DNA from: an uncultured Methanosarcinales archaeon
GTDB taxonomy: Archaea; Nanobdellota; Nanobdellia; Woesearchaeales; CAZYIM01
Direction of reading: 5' to 3'
DNA length: 64,000 nucleotides
Assembly (NCBI GenBank): GCA_964647565.1
Contig: CAZYIM010000008.1
Span: 12,045 to 76,044 of the forward strand
In this document: one piece after another, positions 36,662 to 47,638 of the stretch
Position numbering within the stretch: position 1 is the first letter of the stretch
Layout: each line of letters opens with the position of its first letter
Translations under genes and position numbers: made by a program
The notes under the pieces: generated by a model
The model's input: the letters and a program-made list of their open reading frames with translations, nothing else
What the model was told of the DNA's origin: nothing
The model's database searches: none

Positions 36662-38848
36662 ATGGGAGAAAAGATGGTGGAGAAGGTCACAAGAATCATG
36701 ACCAATCCTGAACAGATAAGAAATATTGCAATATGTGCTCATATTGACCATGGAAAAACAACATTTTCAGACAACTTGTTGGCTGGATGTGGTATGATGT
36801 CAGAAGAGCTGGCAGGTAAGGCTCTTCAATTGGATTTTCATGATGATGAACAGGAGAGAGGTATTACTATTGATACTGCTGCTGTGAACATGGTGCACAC
36901 ATATAAGGAAAGAGAGTATCTGATCAATCTGCAAGATACGCCAGGACACGTTGATTTTGGTGGAGATGTAACAAGGGCTATGAGAGCTGTTGATGGTTGT
37001 ATAGTCTTGTGCTGCGCAGTTGAGGGTATAATGCCCCAGACTGAAACAGTGTTGAGACAGGCTTTAAGAGAGCGTGTCAAACCCATTCTCTTTATTAATA
37101 AGGTTGATAGATTGATCAAAGAGGTTAAGCTAACCCCTGAAGAGATGCAGAACAAGTTTGTAAAGATCATCACTTCTGTAAATAAGCTTATCAAGCAGAT
37201 TGCAGAGGAAGAATATGGTGAGAAATGGCAAGTCAATGTCCAGGACGGCAGCGTCTGCTTTGGCTCTGCATTCCACAACTGGGCCATGAGCATCGATTAC
37301 ATGCAGGAGAAAGGCTTGACTTTTAAGGATGTTATTGATGGTTATCAAAGTGAAAGCTGGAAAGAGCTTAGAAATAAGGCGCCATTGCATGAGGTAATTC
37401 TTAATGCAGTTATTAAGCACCTTCCTGATCCCAAAATCGCCCAGAACTATAGAATACCCAAGATCTGGCATGGAGAATTAGAGGGTCCTGTTGGAAAAGC
37501 GCTTCAATCCTGCGATCCAAATGGTCCTGTGATGTTTATTGTGACCAAAGTTGTTGTTGATCCTCAGGCAGGAGAGATCAGTGCTGGAAGACTTTATTCA
37601 GGAACCCTAAAGAAAGGGGAAATGGTCACGCTTTCCAAGGCCAAGCTCCAACTTAGGACACAACAGGTTTATATCTACAATGGTGCCAAGAGGGAGATTG
37701 TCGAGAATGTGCCTGCAGGCAATATTGTTGGTCTAGGAGGTATGAAAAATGCTTATCCTGGAGAGACCGTTTCAACAGATATAGGAGTGACTCCGTTTGA
37801 GGAGATCAAGCACCTGTTTGATCCTGTAATTACCAAATCAATTGAAGCCAAGAATCCTGCAGATCTTCCTAAATTGATCGATGTTTTGGTTCAGGTCTCA
37901 AAAGAAGACCCATCCATCATAGTTGCTATCAATAAGGAGACAGGCGAGCATCTGTTGAGTGGCATGGGAGAGCTTCATCTTGAGATTATTGAAAACAGAA
38001 TACGAGATACTAAGAATGTTCAAATAGAGATGGGTCCGCCTATTGTTGTATATAGAGAGGCCATCACCAAGACCACACCTTCTCAAGTTGAAGGAAAATC
38101 TCCTAATAAACACAACAAGCTGTATTTTATTGTCGAACCTTTATCTGAAGAGATGAAAACAGCACTTCACGAGAAGAAGATCAGTGAAGGCAGGATCAAG
38201 AAAAAGGATGAAGAGCTCTGGAAAGCTCTATCGGATGCAGGTATGGATTCCAAAGAGACTCGGAAAGTCAGAGATGTCTTCAAGGGATGTCTTTTCGTAG
38301 ATGGAACCAGAGGTATTGTCCATATTGGAGAGATTATGGAAATGGTCCTTGATATGTTTGAGAATGTTATGAATGCCGGTCCTATTGCAAACGAACCTTG
38401 CATCAATATCAAAGTTACCTTGACTGATGTCAAGCTTCATGAGGATGCAATACATAGAGGTCCTGCTCAGTTGTATCCTGCAATCAGGGAGGGTATCAGA
38501 GGTGCAATGCGACTGGCTGGCCCTTTGATGTATGAGCCTTTGCAGATCCTGCAGTTTGAAGCTCCTAATGAATTTATGGGTGAGATTAGCAAGTTGATAT
38601 CCAATAAGAGAGGTCAGCTATTGGATATGCAGGAAGAGGGTGGTTTAGTAATTGTGAAGGGTAAGTTGCCAGTTGCAGAAATGTTTGGACTGAGCTCAGA
38701 TTTGAGAAGCGCAACTGGAGGCAGAGGAAATTTCTCTGTGATTGACCAGTCATTCGAAAGATTGCCTGATGATCTCCAAAACAAGATTAGCAACCAGATA
38801 AGAAACAGGAAAGGCTTGAAAGCTGATGCTAGCGAGGGAACCGAATAA
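36662..38848 (+). CDS. fusA: archaeal elongation factor 2
   Basis: AHIDHGKTT, RGITI, DTPGHVDF, NKVD, HEDAIHRG diphthamide loop. Confidence 0.97.
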   Translation: MGEKMVEKVTRIMTNPEQIRNIAICAHIDHGKTTFSDNLLAGCGMMSEELAGKALQLDFHDDEQERGITIDTAAVNMVHTYKEREYLINLQDTPGHVDFGGDVTRAMRAVDGCIVLCCAVEGIMPQTETVLRQALRERVKPILFINKVDRLIKEVKLTPEEMQNKFVKIITSVNKLIKQIAEEEYGEKWQVNVQDGSVCFGSAFHNWAMSIDYMQEKGLTFKDVIDGYQSESWKELRNKAPLHEVILNAVIKHLPDPKIAQNYRIPKIWHGELEGPVGKALQSCDPNGPVMFIVTKVVVDPQAGEISAGRLYSGTLKKGEMVTLSKAKLQLRTQQVYIYNGAKREIVENVPAGNIVGLGGMKNAYPGETVSTDIGVTPFEEIKHLFDPVITKSIEAKNPADLPKLIDVLVQVSKEDPSIIVAINKETGEHLLSGMGELHLEIIENRIRDTKNVQIEMGPPIVVYREAITKTTPSQVEGKSPNKHNKLYFIVEPLSEEMKTALHEKKISEGRIKKKDEELWKALSDAGMDSKETRKVRDVFKGCLFVDGTRGIVHIGEIMEMVLDMFENVMNAGPIANEPCINIKVTLTDVKLHEDAIHRGPAQLYPAIREGIRGAMRLAGPLMYEPLQILQFEAPNEFMGEISKLISNKRGQLLDMQEEGGLVIVKGKLPVAEMFGLSSDLRSATGGRGNFSVIDQSFERLPDDLQNKISNQIRNRKGLKADASEGTE

Positions 38849-38968
38849 ACCGGTTCATCGAGGATAATTAGACGAGATTAAACAATAAAATTTATAAAGG
38901 AACAAAATTTCCTGAGAAGAGAACTAGATTAATAAAAACACGTTAAAAAATAGATATGGAGGATAAAA

Positions 38969-40261
38969 ATGGCAGAAGGAAAACCACATGTAAACCTGGT
39001 CTTCATCGGACATGTTGACCACGGTAAGTCTACAACAGTTGGTAGATTATTGTTCGATACAAAGAATATTGATGAGCAGACCCTTAGAAAACTAAAAGAT
39101 AAGGCTGCAGAGCTTGGAAAAGCAGGATTTGAGTTTGCATTCGTCATGGACAACCTAAAAGAAGAGAGAGAAAGAGGAGTAACCATTGACTTAGCTCATA
39201 AGAAATTTGAGACAAATAAGTACTACTTCACAATAATTGATGCTCCCGGGCACAGGGACTTTATCAAGAATATGATTACAGGCGCTTCACAAGCAGACTG
39301 CGCAGTTCTGATAGTCGCTGCAAATGACGGTGTTAATGCACAGACAATTGAGCACACCAGGTTATCTAAGATCTTAGGTGTTGGTCAGTTATTGGTTGCA
39401 GTAAACAAAATGGATATCTCCGGCGTTGATTACAGCGAGGAGAGATACAACAAGGTTGTTGAGGAAGTGAAAACTGTTGCTATCCAGGCAGGATGGAAAG
39501 AGGACGCACTTAGATTTGTTCCAATTGCAGCACTTACAGGAGATAATATCGTTGAAAAGAGCGAAAAGATGTCCTGGTGGGCTGGAGACACACTTGCACA
39601 GGCTCTTGATAAGTTTGCAGAACCTGATAAACCTACAAATCTTCCACTGAGGCTTCCAATCCAGGATGTTTATAACATTACAGGTATTGGTGTTGTTCCA
39701 GTAGGAAGAGTGGAATCCGGTGTCATGAAAATCGGAGACAAGGTTATTGCAGTTCCAGGCAGAGAAGGAAAAGGTGTGCCTGGAGAAGTAAAATCCATAG
39801 AGATGCATCATGAGCAACTACAGAAAGCAGAACCCGGCGACAATGTCGGATTTAACATCAGGGGCTTTGGTAAGAAAGATATTGCCAGAGGAGATGTTAT
39901 TGGTCCTGCAGACAACATCCCTACAGTAGTAGAGGAGTTTACTGCTCAGATAATTATATTAAACCACCCAAGTGTTTTGACTGTTGGCTATACGCCGGTC
40001 TTCCATATACATACAGCACAGGTTGCATGCCAGATTACTGCTATTGAAAAGCAGCTTAATCCTGCAACAGGTGAAGTTGTAAAGGAAAATCCAGACTTTG
40101 TCAAGAATGGCGATGCAGCAGTTGTAAGGGTAAAACCAGTTCAAGGAGTAGTTATTGAGAGCCAAAAGACAATTCCTCAGCTGTCAAGATTTGCTATCAG
40201 AGACTCTGGAGCAACAGTAGCGGCAGGAATGTGTATTGATCTCAAGAAAAAAACAGCTTAG
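38969..40261 (+). CDS. tuf: elongation factor 1-alpha
   Basis: [36 protein letters not shown]. Confidence 0.97.
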   Translation: MAEGKPHVNLVFIGHVDHGKSTTVGRLLFDTKNIDEQTLRKLKDKAAELGKAGFEFAFVMDNLKEERERGVTIDLAHKKFETNKYYFTIIDAPGHRDFIKNMITGASQADCAVLIVAANDGVNAQTIEHTRLSKILGVGQLLVAVNKMDISGVDYSEERYNKVVEEVKTVAIQAGWKEDALRFVPIAALTGDNIVEKSEKMSWWAGDTLAQALDKFAEPDKPTNLPLRLPIQDVYNITGIGVVPVGRVESGVMKIGDKVIAVPGREGKGVPGEVKSIEMHHEQLQKAEPGDNVGFNIRGFGKKDIARGDVIGPADNIPTVVEEFTAQIIILNHPSVLTVGYTPVFHIHTAQVACQITAIEKQLNPATGEVVKENPDFVKNGDAAVVRVKPVQGVVIESQKTIPQLSRFAIRDSGATVAAGMCIDLKKKTA

Positions 40262-40347
40262 AGTCTCAAAAAAAATTTGTTTTATTTTTTTTAGACTCAT
40301 GGTGAACTGAGTTTATCATGTGGGTAAGCAAATAAGGTAACAGAAAA

Positions 40348-40659
40348 ATGCAGAAAGCCAGAATCAAACTAGCAAGTACAGATATTAACAAGATAAATCA
40401 GACTTGCGACTATATCAAGGGAATTGCTGAGAAGACAGGCGTAGTAATGAGAGGACCTATTCCTATGCCAACAAAGAAACTTAAGCTTACCACGCGAAAA
40501 AGTCCTTGCGGAGATGGTTCCGCAACTTGGGACAGATACGAGATGCGGGTTCACAAGCGTCTTATCGATTTGGGTATTGATGAGCGAGCCCTAAGGTTGG
40601 TCATGAGAGTGCCTATACCTGAAGGTTTGAACATTGAGATCGAGATGATCGAGGATTAG
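40348..40659 (+). CDS. rps10: 30S ribosomal protein S10
   Basis: [35 protein letters not shown]. Confidence 0.97.
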   Translation: MQKARIKLASTDINKINQTCDYIKGIAEKTGVVMRGPIPMPTKKLKLTTRKSPCGDGSATWDRYEMRVHKRLIDLGIDERALRLVMRVPIPEGLNIEIEMIED

Positions 40660-40700
40660 TGCCTTTATTTCTTCTTTTTTCATATACTAAATTATAGTCT

Positions 40701-40775
40701 AGAGTCCCGAATGGTTCCGCAATCATTGATTGCTTGTCATCTGAGGGACTCAATATTGAGATGATCGTTGACTGA
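40701..40775 (+). pseudogene. relic copy of the rps10 3' end
   Basis: Reads in one frame RVP-NGSAIIDCLSS-EGLNIEMIVD* versus S10 [17 protein letters not shown]. Confidence 0.65.
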
Positions 40776-40937
40776 GCTTGTCTATGGCAACCTCAAAAAC
40801 ATTGTTATGTTTTTGTTGGTATATAAAGTTGAGCTTTATATGCCCCAAAATATTTATTTAACAAATTTCTCGTGTAGGAGTAATTCTTTATTTTTTTCTA
40901 TTAAATATTTAAACATAATTAGATTACCCCTTATAAA

Positions 40938-41522
40938 ATGGAGATGAATCCGCCATATAAGCATATAAAACAGCTTCCATACTGTTGTGTTCCTGCCTCT
41001 TTGAGTATGATTTTAGATAGGCGAGGTATAGCTCATGATAGCCAGGAACAGATAGGTTGGGAATTAGGTCTTGTCATTCCTTCTGAAGTTGTAAAACAGT
41101 TTACTCTTGCTAGGACTGCGAAAATAAAGCCTAAGGCTGGTTGGGGTACTCAGGTAAATAAGCCAAAATATTCTCTTAATAACTATTTTATCAAGAAAGG
41201 TATTGATCTTGTTGAGCAAAACTATTTTATAGGCGATATAGGAGATGTTCCTGAATTTATCCTTGGTAATATTAAAAATGATATTGATATGGTGGTCTGT
41301 TTTAACCATAAGCAGCTAAGACCAGACAAAGATGATACTGGACATGTGGCTGTTATCCAGGAGTTTAGGGATGCAGAAGTAGTTCTTGTTGATCCGAGGA
41401 TGGATGAAGAACAATCTATAGTTGAGTATAAGAAGCTGATCCATGCTATGCAATATCACGGTAGAAAAAATGGTGCGGGATTCTGGTGTATTGGTGAGAG
41501 AAAACAACACGGTCTTGGGTAA
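40938..41522 (+). CDS. C39-like cysteine peptidase
   Basis: Q..YCCVPASL.M.L, GHVAVI, VLVDP (papain-like Cys/His/Asp). Confidence 0.7.
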   Translation: MEMNPPYKHIKQLPYCCVPASLSMILDRRGIAHDSQEQIGWELGLVIPSEVVKQFTLARTAKIKPKAGWGTQVNKPKYSLNNYFIKKGIDLVEQNYFIGDIGDVPEFILGNIKNDIDMVVCFNHKQLRPDKDDTGHVAVIQEFRDAEVVLVDPRMDEEQSIVEYKKLIHAMQYHGRKNGAGFWCIGERKQHGLG

Positions 41523-41606
41523 GGAAGTGACAGGAGATACTTAGATTGCTCTGAGGAATTGTTGTTCTGGGTAAACTTTTTAATATTAGTTGTTTTTCTT
41601 TTTCTC

Positions 41607-43014
41607 ATGGTGAAAGTTCTTTTCATCCAGAATATTCAGAGGGAACATTATGCAGTCATGCTTTTATCTGCAGTATTGTTGAAATACGGACATGAGACAG
41701 ATTTAGTTCTAGGCAGTTTTAAAGAAATAAGGTGCAAAATCAGGAGCTATAAACCTGATTTGATTACTATATCTGCAATGTATCCTGAGAAGGCTTGGGT
41801 CGAAAGGGTATGTAGATATATCAAGAGGTTTGTGAATATTCCTATTGTGGTGGGCGGAGCAATTGCAATGTCAACACCAGGTCTTGTAAATGATCCGAAT
41901 ATTGATGCATTGGTCTGTGGGGAAGGCGAAAAAGCTGTTGTGGCAATTGCAGATAGGATACATACGGGCAGGGATCTAACTAACATACACAATGTGTTGC
42001 TCGAGCTCAGCTCTGCGAAAATCCCTGCTAAACATGCAGTCGTGGCTGATCTGGATGGCTTGCCCTTTGCGGACAGAGTACATCTACGCCAGGAATAAGG
42101 GTGTAGACCCGTTCAATGTTCCTTCCTTTGAAGGATCTAGAGGATGTCCGTTCTGCTGTACTTTCTGTATGTATAATCAACTGAAGTTAAAACATAGCTA
42201 TCCGATCCAAACAAGAAGAAAGGCGGTTGAGAATATTATTCAAGAGCTTAAATCAGTCAAGGCAAAGCAAAATCCGAGGATGCTGCGGTTTATCGACAGC
42301 ATTTTTACCTCAGATAGAAAATGGCTGTTAGCTTTCCTTAAACGTTATAGATGTGAGATTGATATTCCCTTTATTTGCGATGCACATTTTAACCTTCTGG
42401 ATGAGGAGATTATTATGGAACTTAAATCCGCTAACTGTCACAACCTAATGCTGGGCATAGAGTCTGGAAATGATTTTGTCAGAAATAATGTTCTTGGAAA
42501 GAAAATCGAGGCCTCTCGTATACTTGCCATTTCTAAGCTGTTGCAAAAACATAATCTGGCATTTGGGTCTTTGAACATGATGGGCATGCCTGAAGAGAGA
42601 TTTTATCAGGCTATCCAGACTATTCGCATAAATCAGAAGATCCGGCCAGACTACCTTTTCGTCGAGTTATTTATGCCATATCCTGGTCTCGATATAACTA
42701 AACGTGCTTTGGCAAAGGATTTGCTGGATGATGAAAAACTTACCTTGTTGTCTTCCAGGAAACATAAGATGATGCGAAGCCTGCTTTCACAAAAAGACAT
42801 ATGTAAGGTTTCCAATCTCCACAAGTTCTCAATCTGGCTTGTCCGATTCCCTTTCCTCGAACCTTTGGTTCGTTTCTTGGTTCTTCTTCCAGAAAACAGG
42901 ATTTTTGATTATCTATACGCGTTTTCTTTGTATGTAGAATTTAAAAAATATTCAGGATTCAGTTTTTTTAAGACCTTGAGTGCTGCTTTCAGGAATTTCA
43001 AAGCATTAAACTGA
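41607..43014 (+). pseudogene. B12-binding radical SAM protein split by a frameshift at about 42077
   Basis: Frame 1: B12 domain ...GEGE...DLDGLPFADR; frame 2: EYIYARN...SRGCPFCCTFC...GIESG. Confidence 0.8.
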
Positions 43015-43059
43015 TCGGTGTTGTGTTACGGCTGGCATATCAGTGAGCGGACATAATGA

Positions 43060-43332
43060 TCATTTCTTTCTTGGATCATATTTTTTGTATTGGCAGCCAT
43101 CCTTTTCTACAATCCAGACTGGATCACCATGATCTTGTCCGAACCAAGGCACAATCTTGTAGGTTAGTTTATAGGCTTCTGGAAAGTCTATGAAATCAAA
43201 AATATGGCATTCAATCACATCCTTGGCTTTTTCTACTGAACTGCTTAGAATGGGTTTGCGCCCTCCGAGAATGCCAGAAGAATTCTCTATATCAGGATCT
43301 CCAACAATAATTGCATATAGGTCGTCTGCCAT
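43060..43332 (-). CDS. hypothetical protein
   Basis: 90-aa ORF, 7 nt after the upstream gene. Confidence 0.55.
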   Translation of the reverse strand: MADDLYAIIVGDPDIENSSGILGGRKPILSSSVEKAKDVIECHIFDFIDFPEAYKLTYKIVPWFGQDHGDPVWIVEKDGCQYKKYDPRKK

Positions 43333-43339
43333 CTTAGAA

Positions 43340-43681
43340 CTATATTAAATCACTGAACATGTCGTTGAAATAGGCTTTTCTGTAGGTCTCTTTTACTGGA
43401 TCATGATCTGGTAGTTCAGATTCTTTGATGATAAAATATCCCATATCGAGCATCTGGCCAAGGATGGTGTTCAATGTGTTTTTCTCACCGCCCACTTGGT
43501 TTCGGACCATGATTGGCAGGTTAAATGCCTCTAGAAAGGTTTCTTGTGCTGATTTCAACATATTAGCATCAACATCATTTGTTTTTCTTGCTTCTAATAG
43601 TTTGTGATAGGTCTGGTTTACCTTTTCATTAAGTTGTTCAGCTTGTTTATATAGGTCCGATTGCTGGTTTATTTCAGCCAT
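43340..43681 (-). CDS. hypothetical protein
   Basis: 113-aa ORF after a TATA box. Confidence 0.6.
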   Translation of the reverse strand: MAEINQQSDLYKQAEQLNEKVNQTYHKLLEARKTNDVDANMLKSAQETFLEAFNLPIMVRNQVGGEKNTLNTILGQMLDMGYFIIKESELPDHDPVKETYRKAYFNDMFSDLI

Positions 43682-43774
43682 ACAGATTAGAAATGTACTT
43701 GCATATAAAATAGTTATGTATTTTTACCTATAAAATTCAAAAAATTTAAAAATTAAAGTAATCATTAATTTTAT

Positions 43775-44104
43775 ATGGGTGTTTCAGAAAGGACATTAGA
43801 AGAGGACGAGGCCAAGATAGACAATATATTGCATAAGATTCTAAAACTTAATGAGAAGATTGAGTTTCTCTCTAAGCAGGCAGATGAGGCGAGTGAAAAG
43901 AAGTTTGTTCGGGAAAGGATGAGGATGATCAACATCATGACTCAGACTGTACACAATCTTGCCTGGCTAGCTGATGATATCGAGCTCAAGGACATGGAAC
44001 TTACCAAGGAACTTGAGACTAAGATAAAGGACCGGCTCAGATCAGCTATTACCAATATCAACAAGGCTACTGAGATGTTTGGCAAGGAAGAGGGAAATAT
44101 TTAG
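43775..44104 (+). CDS. coiled-coil hypothetical protein
   Basis: 109-aa charged helical ORF. Confidence 0.6.
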   Translation: MGVSERTLEEDEAKIDNILHKILKLNEKIEFLSKQADEASEKKFVRERMRMINIMTQTVHNLAWLADDIELKDMELTKELETKIKDRLRSAITNINKATEMFGKEEGNI

Positions 44105-44134
44105 CGAGTCTTTCCAGAGCCATAAAGAGGTTAT

Positions 44135-47100
44135 ATGATTAAAAATCATGTTTATTCTTTGTCTGTCGTGGCGATTGTTGCATTGGTTGCAATTGTCGTA
44201 ATGATAATTCAATCGATCTACAATCCTGTTTATCCTAACTTTGACAAGACTCTTGCAGGCCAGGCTTATAGTGATGGGAATGTTCCTGATCAAACAGGCC
44301 CCTTTTCAGGGCATGTACAAGAGATTCATTTGGATAAGCGTCAGATATATCTGATTTCGTTTAATGTCCTGCCAGAGGATACACGCATTTCAAATGTATT
44401 TAAAGAACATCTGGGTGATATCATTTTTCAATCAGCAGATAGAAGCCAGACTTATTCTGGCGAAGAAAATATAGACTTTAAACAACCATACTTGATCTAT
44501 CCAAAAAGCACTCCATTAACAATAGAAATAACAGGTAAAAAAGTGGTGGCAGATTATGTTTTTAGGTTAAATAAAGGTACGAATTATCTTGCATATCCTT
44601 TAGATGTTGAAGTCAGTACTGATGAATTCTTTGAGGAGTTTAAAGAAAAAATATTGTTAGTCAAGGATAGTCATGGGACGACATATATCCCTGGTTATAA
44701 TCTGGATACACTGAAAGTCATTAAGCCCGGCGATGGCTATTATGTTGAAATGCTGTCAGAGGCAGAGATAGATTTTGGTGATTATCTTCCTGATTGTGGA
44801 GATCAATCCGGAATAATTTGCAGTAAAAACAAGATCTGCGAAGGGGACATAGTGGAGGCAAGTGATACAGAAGAATGCTGCATGGGAACATGCGCCCTGC
44901 CTAAACTCGAAGATACAATAACCGTATATGTCAGCAGTATGCCTTCAAATATTATTTGTGCAAATCAAATGGACGGACCGCATAAAGCAGAACTTACATT
45001 GACTGGTACATCTAAAACAGATCCTCGATTCACAGTTGAAGCCAAAGTTTCGTACGAATCTCAAAACAGATTTCATTCAGACACCATAAAAAATCTTAAT
45101 GGTGAGTGGATAATTGATGATATTGAATATTCTCCAAATAACTTTGATTCCCCAATTCTTATCGCTACAGAAATTGACTATCCGGGTTTGTCAGAATGCC
45201 TTGCAGTTCAAACTCAAGGTGAAGAATATATGATGGATTGGCACATCTCAGGTATGGCAACTCCTAGTGTAAAACCCGTATTATTGCCAAGGTTAATGTC
45301 AAAACCCTTTGCAGGAAACAAGAAGATTTTGGTAATCAAAGGAAGACACACTCCTGAATATGATCCTGATGCCTACCCCTATCTGAATAATGCTGAATAC
45401 TATCAAAACCTGTTTGATTATTTTTCTCTTGCAATGAAACGAATGTCTGACAACCAACTAAATTTGAACTATGAATTCAAGGAAGCTTTTTATGAGATTC
45501 CGTTTGAAAACCCGTCTGAAGTTGACTGTCTTGGAGACAACCAGTGCAAGACAGAACTGACCAGGAATTTGTTGACAGACCTGGGAATAACTGAAGACAA
45601 TTATATGGATGATGACTATGACATGATTTTTATCACATTCTACTATTCTATGATACAACAATTCAAGCGAAATGCATATATGTCTGGCTCAGTAGTATAC
45701 AGAGAAGGCTGCCCCCAGTGTGAATGGGTGTCATTCAATCCTGATGTAAGTCAGAACCTTCCTAACTTCATACACGAATTAGGACATACTTTTTTCAGTC
45801 ATCCTGTTATGCGCCACAGCATACCTGATGGTTCTCCAGACAAAGTAACGGATATACACTTAGGATTAGATGGAACTAAGGGATTTTATGATCCTGAAAA
45901 ACCAACATGGTATGCACATCCTTATGCTATGGGCCAAGGTGGTTTGCGATTTAATCTTTTGCATCAAGCTGCTCTTGGTTGGCTTAAAGGTTCTCAGGTA
46001 ACAACAATCACAGAATCAGGAGTGTATGATGTATATTCAGACAATCCTGATATGACTTCTGATCCTGCAAAGCCATTAATCCTTCAAATTTTAGTACATT
46101 ACCAAGGAAAACCTGTCTATGTGTATATAACTCTTCCAAACATCGAATTCACTGAACCTTTTAAGGGAACCTCACCTATGCCCTGGGAATATACAGAGTA
46201 CAGTAGCATTGAAAGTAACCTTGCAGATCACCTTCGCAAGGGCATCCAGCTTTGGTCTGTTCCACTTAGGTCTGATTACCACACCCATGGCCATACAGCC
46301 CATTTATACAGTTACAATAATGACCAAGAATACTATCTTGACTTTTGGGATAGTGCAATTCTACCTGGAAAAGAAGTCCATCTGCAATGGGAAGGAACTG
46401 ATCTTATTCTTAGGAATATTGAACGTAATGGAAACCATGCAAAGGTTGAGGTGATCTATGATCCAGTTCCGTTGATTTGTTCAGACCAATCAGGAGTGAT
46501 CTGCGCGAGTAATGAGATTTGTGATGGAGAGACAGTAGAAGCTGGCGACACAGCTGAATGCTGCATGGGAACATGTAAAGAGGCACACAAAACATTATTC
46601 ATACTTGCAGAGTTTATTGGACAACCTATTGTCAGCATGGCTGATACTGAAAAAATGGTATCTATGTTCGAGGATTACATGAAGGAGAACTCTTATGGTA
46701 AATATCTGATTGACAGTGAGATCCTTGGCCCTTACCAGATTGATGTTGATATCTGTGAGTTGAAGAATAACAGGCAGGAAATAGTCAGGCTGGCTTTGGC
46801 TGCTGCAGACCAAGAATATCATATAGATGATGATGTGAATGTTGTTGTGATACACAATCAGGGCAATGACTGCCTGATACACGGAGGAGAAGCCTATTCT
46901 TATAAAACATATAACATACCACGGCCTGTAAATATCAACCCTATACGCGTCAACCCAGGGGCTTTTAAATCTTATATTGAAATCGCGGTTCATGAATTTG
47001 GTCATGCCTTGACATTGCCTGATCAGGGCATTGGGCATCCTAGCGGCATATATTGTCCGCTTGAGGGGAGGAATGATGTCCTTCTGAGCAATTCCTGTAT

Positions 47101-47614
47101 TTCTGGTCTTGGAAGTAATTTTGAATTTGGTCCGATGGGTAAAGGCGGTTTACTCCAATTGCCTCTTCCACATTATAGGGCTTGTGTAAAATTAAGAAAA
47201 GGATTCCTGACAGAAGAGGATTTCATTGTATCTGACCAGGGAACTCACACCATCATCCCCATTGAAAGCCAGAGTGCAGGAAAGAAATTAATTATTATCC
47301 CTGTTCCACAGATTTTTAATACAGTCAGCACCAATTATGGATATGACTTTAATGATATTGGCAATATAACTCTGGAGTTCAGGGAACCAGACAAGATATT
47401 AACACATGTACTGTATGTTATTGAGCATGATCCTGGTGGCTGGGGCTGCAACAGGGTTTTAGCAGAATACGACAGACTCTGGGCAAATCCTGCTTCTCTT
47501 GAGGTTGGAAAAACTTATTATATTAACAATAATGGAGTAGATGAGATATCGATCACAGTCAATGAGATTGTAAATAATGACCACGCATCGATAACTGTGA
47601 ATCGGCTTGTGTGA
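44135..47614 (+). CDS. large membrane-anchored/secreted protein with two zinc-metallopeptidase domains
   Basis: N-terminal TM; FIHELGH and AVHEFGH HExxH motifs; duplicated Cys-rich module. Confidence 0.8.
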   Translation: MIKNHVYSLSVVAIVALVAIVVMIIQSIYNPVYPNFDKTLAGQAYSDGNVPDQTGPFSGHVQEIHLDKRQIYLISFNVLPEDTRISNVFKEHLGDIIFQSADRSQTYSGEENIDFKQPYLIYPKSTPLTIEITGKKVVADYVFRLNKGTNYLAYPLDVEVSTDEFFEEFKEKILLVKDSHGTTYIPGYNLDTLKVIKPGDGYYVEMLSEAEIDFGDYLPDCGDQSGIICSKNKICEGDIVEASDTEECCMGTCALPKLEDTITVYVSSMPSNIICANQMDGPHKAELTLTGTSKTDPRFTVEAKVSYESQNRFHSDTIKNLNGEWIIDDIEYSPNNFDSPILIATEIDYPGLSECLAVQTQGEEYMMDWHISGMATPSVKPVLLPRLMSKPFAGNKKILVIKGRHTPEYDPDAYPYLNNAEYYQNLFDYFSLAMKRMSDNQLNLNYEFKEAFYEIPFENPSEVDCLGDNQCKTELTRNLLTDLGITEDNYMDDDYDMIFITFYYSMIQQFKRNAYMSGSVVYREGCPQCEWVSFNPDVSQNLPNFIHELGHTFFSHPVMRHSIPDGSPDKVTDIHLGLDGTKGFYDPEKPTWYAHPYAMGQGGLRFNLLHQAALGWLKGSQVTTITESGVYDVYSDNPDMTSDPAKPLILQILVHYQGKPVYVYITLPNIEFTEPFKGTSPMPWEYTEYSSIESNLADHLRKGIQLWSVPLRSDYHTHGHTAHLYSYNNDQEYYLDFWDSAILPGKEVHLQWEGTDLILRNIERNGNHAKVEVIYDPVPLICSDQSGVICASNEICDGETVEAGDTAECCMGTCKEAHKTLFILAEFIGQPIVSMADTEKMVSMFEDYMKENSYGKYLIDSEILGPYQIDVDICELKNNRQEIVRLALAAADQEYHIDDDVNVVVIHNQGNDCLIHGGEAYSYKTYNIPRPVNINPIRVNPGAFKSYIEIAVHEFGHALTLPDQGIGHPSGIYCPLEGRNDVLLSNSCISGLGSNFEFGPMGKGGLLQLPLPHYRACVKLRKGFLTEEDFIVSDQGTHTIIPIESQSAGKKLIIIPVPQIFNTVSTNYGYDFNDIGNITLEFREPDKILTHVLYVIEHDPGGWGCNRVLAEYDRLWANPASLEVGKTYYINNNGVDEISITVNEIVNNDHASITVNRLV

Positions 47615-47638
47615 TTAATTTTAAGAATTATTAGTTGG

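Noticed and set aside
40262..40280. Duplicated EF-1alpha 3' end (ctcaaaaaaaa)
   Set aside because: Too short and low-complexity; better explained as a hairpin arm
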